DNA from: Candidatus Velthaea sp.
GTDB taxonomy: Bacteria > Vulcanimicrobiota > Vulcanimicrobiia > Vulcanimicrobiales > Vulcanimicrobiaceae
Length of the DNA stretch: 64,000 bases
Assembly (NCBI GenBank): GCA_965214935.1
Contig: CBDCCS010000022.1
Location: 704,001 to 768,000 of the forward strand
Direction of reading: 5' to 3'
Both the position numbers and the translations under genes were made by a program. The notes beneath the pieces are model-generated. The model worked only from the letters and a program-made list of their open reading frames with translations. It ran no database searches and was not told the origin of the DNA. Within the stretch, counting starts at the first letter, position 1; the number at the start of each line of letters is the position of its first letter. Below, one piece after another: positions 59,499 through 64,000 of the stretch.

Positions 59499-60358
59499 GC
59501 GAGCTCCGCCAGCGCCGCTGCAAGTTGCGCCGGCGACGGCACTTTGTGATGCCACTCGACGCCGTCCTCCATGAATGAGACACCGCGACCTTTGTGCGTG
59601 TTGGCGATGATGCAACGCGGGTTCGTGGCTGGCGGCGCGGTGAGCGCGTCGTACAACGCGTCGTAATCGTGTCCGTCAATTTCGCAGACATCCCAGCCGA
59701 ATGCGGCCCATTTTGCCGGCAACGGATCGAGCGCGTTCGTATCTTCGGTTTTCGCGCCTTGCTGTAAGCGGTTCCGATCGACGATCGCGGTGAGGTTCGA
59801 GAGCTTGCGATGCGCGGCCGCCATCGCAGCTTCCCAGTTACTGCCTTCCTGTAATTCGCCGTCACCGAGCACGACGAACGTGCGCCATGCTGCATCGTTC
59901 AAACGCGCGGCGATCGCGCATCCGACGGCAACCGGCAGACCGTGACCCAGCGGTCCGGTATTCGACTCGACGCCCGGTACTTTACGCCGGTTCGGATGAC
60001 CGTTGAGCGCCGACCGCGGGGCGGCAAACGTTGCAAGTGTCGATTCGTCGATGAAACCTGCCCGAGCGAGGACGGAATACAACGCTACGGAGCAATGGCC
60101 CTTACTCAAAATAAATCGATCGCGCTCGGGCCAGGCCGGATCGGCCGCATCGTAGCGCAGCACGCTGAAGAATAACGTGGTGAGGATATCGGTGACCGAT
60201 AAATCGCCGCCGACATGGCCCAGCTTTGCCGCGCCGATCGTCGTGAGGATCGAGCGCCGAATGACGGCCGCCGCCTGCGCGAGGCGCATGCGGCGCTCGG
60301 CGGGCCCGGCATCGGTAGACGGAGTCATCGAGCGCGAACGATCGTTTGAGACAGCCAA
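59495..60358 (-). CDS. Split transketolase, N-terminal (ThDP-binding) subunit
   Basis: GHVGGDLS, DRFILSKGH, GDGELQEGSNWEA. Confidence 0.92.
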   Translation of the reverse strand: MAVSNDRSRSMTPSTDAGPAERRMRLAQAAAVIRRSILTTIGAAKLGHVGGDLSVTDILTTLFFSVLRYDAADPAWPERDRFILSKGHCSVALYSVLARAGFIDESTLATFAAPRSALNGHPNRRKVPGVESNTGPLGHGLPVAVGCAIAARLNDAAWRTFVVLGDGELQEGSNWEAAMAAAHRKLSNLTAIVDRNRLQQGAKTEDTNALDPLPAKWAAFGWDVCEIDGHDYDALYDALTAPPATNPRCIIANTHKGRGVSFMEDGVEWHHKVPSPAQLAAALAELA

Positions 60359-60593
60359 ATCTCACCCTTGCTTGAATAAATATTCTACCGTGCGATTCTA
60401 TTCGTGGCTGCACTGTACCAAGAAGGTCCAGGTCTGTCAATGATTGCTCGGCGATCCGCCTATCGGGCGCAGATTCGTTCTGAGAATGCTGCGCGCACCG
60501 TACATCGGACGTACTTGGACGATTGCAGCGCTAGCGTGCGTGCAGGCGAAAGCAGCGTACTCAACTGTCGTGCTTCTACGATTGCGAGCCGCC

Positions 60594-61844
60594 ATGCAGC
60601 CTGACGACCTTATTGCACTCGAAGAATTAAAGTCGACGTTTCTCGACGGACGCATCGACCGTGAATCGTTCTTACAGCAGTCAGCCGGCTTGAATGCAAC
60701 GGGTGCAGCGTATGATTGGCTAAACGAGAGCGATCCGGCGCGAGCGCTCGATACAACGGTGAGCTCGATTGAAAGTGCTCGCTGGAGCAGCCTCGCACGT
60801 GAAGGCGCGACGCTGCAGCCGTACTCGTTCGAACCGAAACCGGAGCAGTTCGCCTGGACGTTCGGCGGCTGTCCCGCGATATCGACGATCGTGCCGGGAC
60901 AGCTTGTGAGATTGTGGAGCGAAGATGCGTTCGGCGGAAAAATTCGTTCGATTCACGACCTGCCGTCACGCGTACTGGACGCCCCATTTTTAAATCCGCA
61001 GACCGGACCGTTCTTCGTTGAGGGCGCACAGCCCGGCGACACGCTGGCGATTCACTTCATCGATGTCGCTCCGGCGCGCGACTGGGCGGCAAGTACGACA
61101 ATCCCGCTCTTCGGCGGCTTAACGGCGACCGGCTTCACCCAACTGCTCAACCCGGCGTTGCCGGAGCGCGTGTGGATGTATCATGTTAATCGCGGCAACG
61201 CAACGGTGATGTTTCGCGCGCTCGACTCGGACTTCGCCGTCGAGATACCGGTCGAACCGATGCTTGGAACCGTCGGCGTTGCGCCCAAAGCGCTCGAGGT
61301 GCGCAGCGCGCTGGTGCCCGATGCGTTCGGCGGTAATATGGATTCGCCCGAGGTGAAAGCCGGTACGACTGTTTTTCTCGGCGTCAATGTCGACGGCGCG
61401 CTCTTTAGCATCGGGGACGGTCACTACGCGCAGTCCGAAGGCGAAACGTGCGGCGTCGCCGTCGAGGGCGCCATGTGGACGACATGCGTGGTCGACGTCA
61501 TCAAGGGCAGCTACGTCGAATGGCCGCGGTTCGAGAGCGACGAGTTTCTAATGGTCGCGGGCAGCGTTCGGCCGCTCGAAGATGCGTATCGCATCGCATT
61601 CACGCAATTAGTCCGCTGGCTCGCAGCGGAGTTCGGTCTATCGACGATGGATGCATATCAACTTGTCTCGCAAGTCGCCAAAACGCAAGTTGCGAACGTC
61701 GTCGATACGAACTATACGATGGTGGCGAAATTTCCCAAGCGATACTTACCGCGTTCCCGTCAAGCGATGGGTGGCGTGCATGCAAAGCTACGGCGCATTG
61801 CAGCGAATTTCGGCTCCTCGGCACGTGCGGCGGGCAACGCTTGA
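60594..61844 (+). CDS. Acetamidase/formamidase family protein
   Basis: NPQTGPFFVEGA, GGNMD, GDGHYAQSEGE; start MQPDD inferred. Confidence 0.88.
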   Translation: MQPDDLIALEELKSTFLDGRIDRESFLQQSAGLNATGAAYDWLNESDPARALDTTVSSIESARWSSLAREGATLQPYSFEPKPEQFAWTFGGCPAISTIVPGQLVRLWSEDAFGGKIRSIHDLPSRVLDAPFLNPQTGPFFVEGAQPGDTLAIHFIDVAPARDWAASTTIPLFGGLTATGFTQLLNPALPERVWMYHVNRGNATVMFRALDSDFAVEIPVEPMLGTVGVAPKALEVRSALVPDAFGGNMDSPEVKAGTTVFLGVNVDGALFSIGDGHYAQSEGETCGVAVEGAMWTTCVVDVIKGSYVEWPRFESDEFLMVAGSVRPLEDAYRIAFTQLVRWLAAEFGLSTMDAYQLVSQVAKTQVANVVDTNYTMVAKFPKRYLPRSRQAMGGVHAKLRRIAANFGSSARAAGNA

Positions 61845-62038
61845 CTTCGGCGCACAAACGGTCGTTGCAGCATGAACGCGCACACGCTGCTAGTGAAGCG
61901 CGCGAATGAACGTGTAGGCGGCGATGACGACTGCGATGACGGCATAGCATCGGAACGCGACGAGGAGCAGGAGGACGGGCCGGCTCAACTTCGCCCGGCC
62001 GAACGAGCCGCGCCGCTCGTTCGATGGCCGCCAAACGC

Positions 62039-63433
62039 TCACGGCGCCGTCAATTGCGGGAACGCCGTTATGAGTCCATACAACGCGCCGAAGGCGGCGA
62101 CGAGTACGATCACCGTTACGCCCGCGACGTTCGCGAGCCGGCCGTTGACGAGGTCGCCGGCGACTTCACGATCGTTGATGAGCAAAAGTAGAAACAGCAG
62201 CGCGGGCGGCATCAACAGCGTCGCGATGACATTGACGGTGAGCGTAATGGCCAATAAGGGTGCATTCGGAATCAACACGACGGCGCCGGCAACAATCATC
62301 GAGAGCAAACCGGTGAAGTAAAACAGCCGCGCGTCGGACATTTTTCGATTGAGACTCGCACCGCGCGGCGACAGATCCCCGACGGCATACGCGGAGCTGG
62401 TGGAAATCGTCATCACGGCGATCAAGCCGGCTTCAATGAGACCGAGTGCAAACAGCGATGCCCCGGCATGTCCGAGATACGGTGCAAGAGCGGTGGCAAA
62501 ATCCGCGCCGCTGGTAAGCTTCGCCGGATCGACGTGATGGGTGAAAAGCGGCGACGCGGCGACGACCGTCGCAATAGCGACGATTGCTGCAACGATTGCT
62601 CCAAGTGCCGTATCCATGCGCGCTTGCGGCAAATCAGCGCGCGTCAAACCCTTATCGACCACTGCGCTCTGCTGGAAAAAAATCATCCACGGGGTGACCG
62701 TCGCGCCGATATTCGCCATGCACAACGTTAGGAGCATTAGCGGATGACCGTTGATCGGCGGCGCGCCGAGCGCACCGAGCGAACCAATAACGGCACTCGG
62801 ATCGGCGTGCGCGAAGAACGCTGCCGGAATGAAGATCCCGTTGCCGAGCGCGAGACCGAGGACGACGCGTTCCCATAAGCGGTAGCGCCCGAGAGTCAGC
62901 GCCGCAACAACGACGGCAAACGTAGCGCCGACCGCCACGATCGGAGCGATGCCGAAGAAGCGCGCGCCGGCGCAAATCGCGATAAACTCCGTTACCAGCG
63001 TCAGGGCGTTGCCGACGATCAAGTCACCGAGCGCGAAGCGGCCCCAGAAAGAACCGTAGCGCTGAAAAATCAGCCGTGCATGACCGTGATTCGTCGCGAT
63101 GGCGAGCCTGGCAGTCAGTTCCTGAACGACGAAAGCCATCGCGAACGTGATCAAAATGAACGGAATGAAGAAGCCGATACCGTAACTGGCGCCGGTCGTC
63201 GCATAACTGAGCATGCTCGGGCCGTCGTTCTCGGCGAGCATAACGATGAGTCCCGGACCGACCAGGCAGAAGAACAGCGAGATCCAGCGCCGTTCCGCCC
63301 GAGCGCGGTTCACGGCGAGCCGGTCGAGGCCGCGTTTGAGATCCTCGGCCGCCGGGACGGAATCGTCCCACTCGGGCGCCGGCCCCAGCGCCGATCGTTG
63401 AATACGGCGGACGAGTAACGCTAACGGACTCAC
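62039..63433 (-). CDS. NRAMP-family divalent metal transporter
   Basis: GPGLIVMLAENDG, NIGATVTPWMIFFQQS; about 11 TM helices. Confidence 0.9.
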   Translation of the reverse strand: MSPLALLVRRIQRSALGPAPEWDDSVPAAEDLKRGLDRLAVNRARAERRWISLFFCLVGPGLIVMLAENDGPSMLSYATTGASYGIGFFIPFILITFAMAFVVQELTARLAIATNHGHARLIFQRYGSFWGRFALGDLIVGNALTLVTEFIAICAGARFFGIAPIVAVGATFAVVVAALTLGRYRLWERVVLGLALGNGIFIPAAFFAHADPSAVIGSLGALGAPPINGHPLMLLTLCMANIGATVTPWMIFFQQSAVVDKGLTRADLPQARMDTALGAIVAAIVAIATVVAASPLFTHHVDPAKLTSGADFATALAPYLGHAGASLFALGLIEAGLIAVMTISTSSAYAVGDLSPRGASLNRKMSDARLFYFTGLLSMIVAGAVVLIPNAPLLAITLTVNVIATLLMPPALLFLLLLINDREVAGDLVNGRLANVAGVTVIVLVAAFGALYGLITAFPQLTAP

Positions 63434-63641
63434 CGCGACTCGATCAAGCGGGCAAGGATGACAATAGGACGCTTTCTATACGGTCGCGCAGCAGTTCGGG
63501 TCGCACTTCAGGCCGGGTGCACCGAGTGATCCCGCCGACACATTCGACGCCGGGACGTTTGCAAACGGTTAGAACCGGTATACCCGCGTTCACGCGAAAT
63601 CAAGAAAGGTGACTGCTAGTAGCTGAGCCCCGCTAACCCTG

Positions 63642-64000
63642 CTAGCTCGTCGCTGCGCCGGCGGCGTACAAGCCGCGAAGCGAGAGCGGCACCGCCATCG
63701 TATGCTCCCGGGCGATCCGCTCGACTACCCGATAAGCCGCGTTCGGATCGGCGGTAAAAGCGGCAATCGGACCGAGCGTCCAGCGCAGTCCGACCGCTGC
63801 GCCGACTTCGATTGCGCCGGCTGTACAGACACCGGCATCGAGTAATTCACCGGCCGCAAACCAAACCGCGGCTCGCAACCGTTCGGTCAACGCGGAATCC
63901 GGTGCCCCCGCCGGTTCGGGGACCTGCCATTCCTGACCGGTGGAAACTTGACGCACGAGTCCGGGCGCAGGTTGGTACATCGCGCCCAAGACCGACAATT
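63642..64000 (-). CDS. 3-hydroxyacyl-CoA dehydrogenase C-terminal part (gene starts beyond the window)
   Basis: AGELLDAGVCTAGAIEVGAAVGLRWTLGP. Confidence 0.65.
   Translation of the reverse strand, partial: LSVLGAMYQPAPGLVRQVSTGQEWQVPEPAGAPDSALTERLRAAVWFAAGELLDAGVCTAGAIEVGAAVGLRWTLGPIAAFTADPNAAYRVVERIAREHTMAVPLSLRGLYAAGAATS

Overview
GC-rich bacterial chromosomal window with seven blocks. (1) 1-10.5 kb: a group-5-type soluble di-iron (propane) monooxygenase operon on the minus strand (amidohydrolase, DUF59, a degenerate integrase-like gene, ADH, then alpha, reductase and beta subunits), divergent from a two-component system whose kinase starts with an AcoR-like GAF region. (2) 10.5-17 kb: accessory genes and decayed fragments. 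(3) About 15-31.9 kb: a lower-GC island abutting the ssb stop codon. It is punctuated by three copies of CTAGAACGG and two diverged copies of a ~310-bp element end, and carries a tRNA with a serine-type body but a Val (GAC) anticodon, toxin-antitoxin-like genes, a type I restriction-modification system, a DDE transposase remnant and a nested IS3. (4) ssb-rpsF, then an efflux locus with an RND permease fused to a TolC-like domain and a two-component system. (5) 41-50.4 kb: a candidate undescribed RiPP-like cluster with a LuxR regulator, two paralogous 44/46-aa precursor peptides missed by the ORF track, three coupled putative alpha/alpha-barrel (DUF6895-like) enzymes, an ABC exporter and an ABC-2 pair. 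(6) Dps and a sugar ABC/kinase/split-transketolase cluster. (7) Acetamidase, NRAMP and a partial 3-hydroxyacyl-CoA dehydrogenase. All family assignments come from motif recognition by eye; no searches were run.
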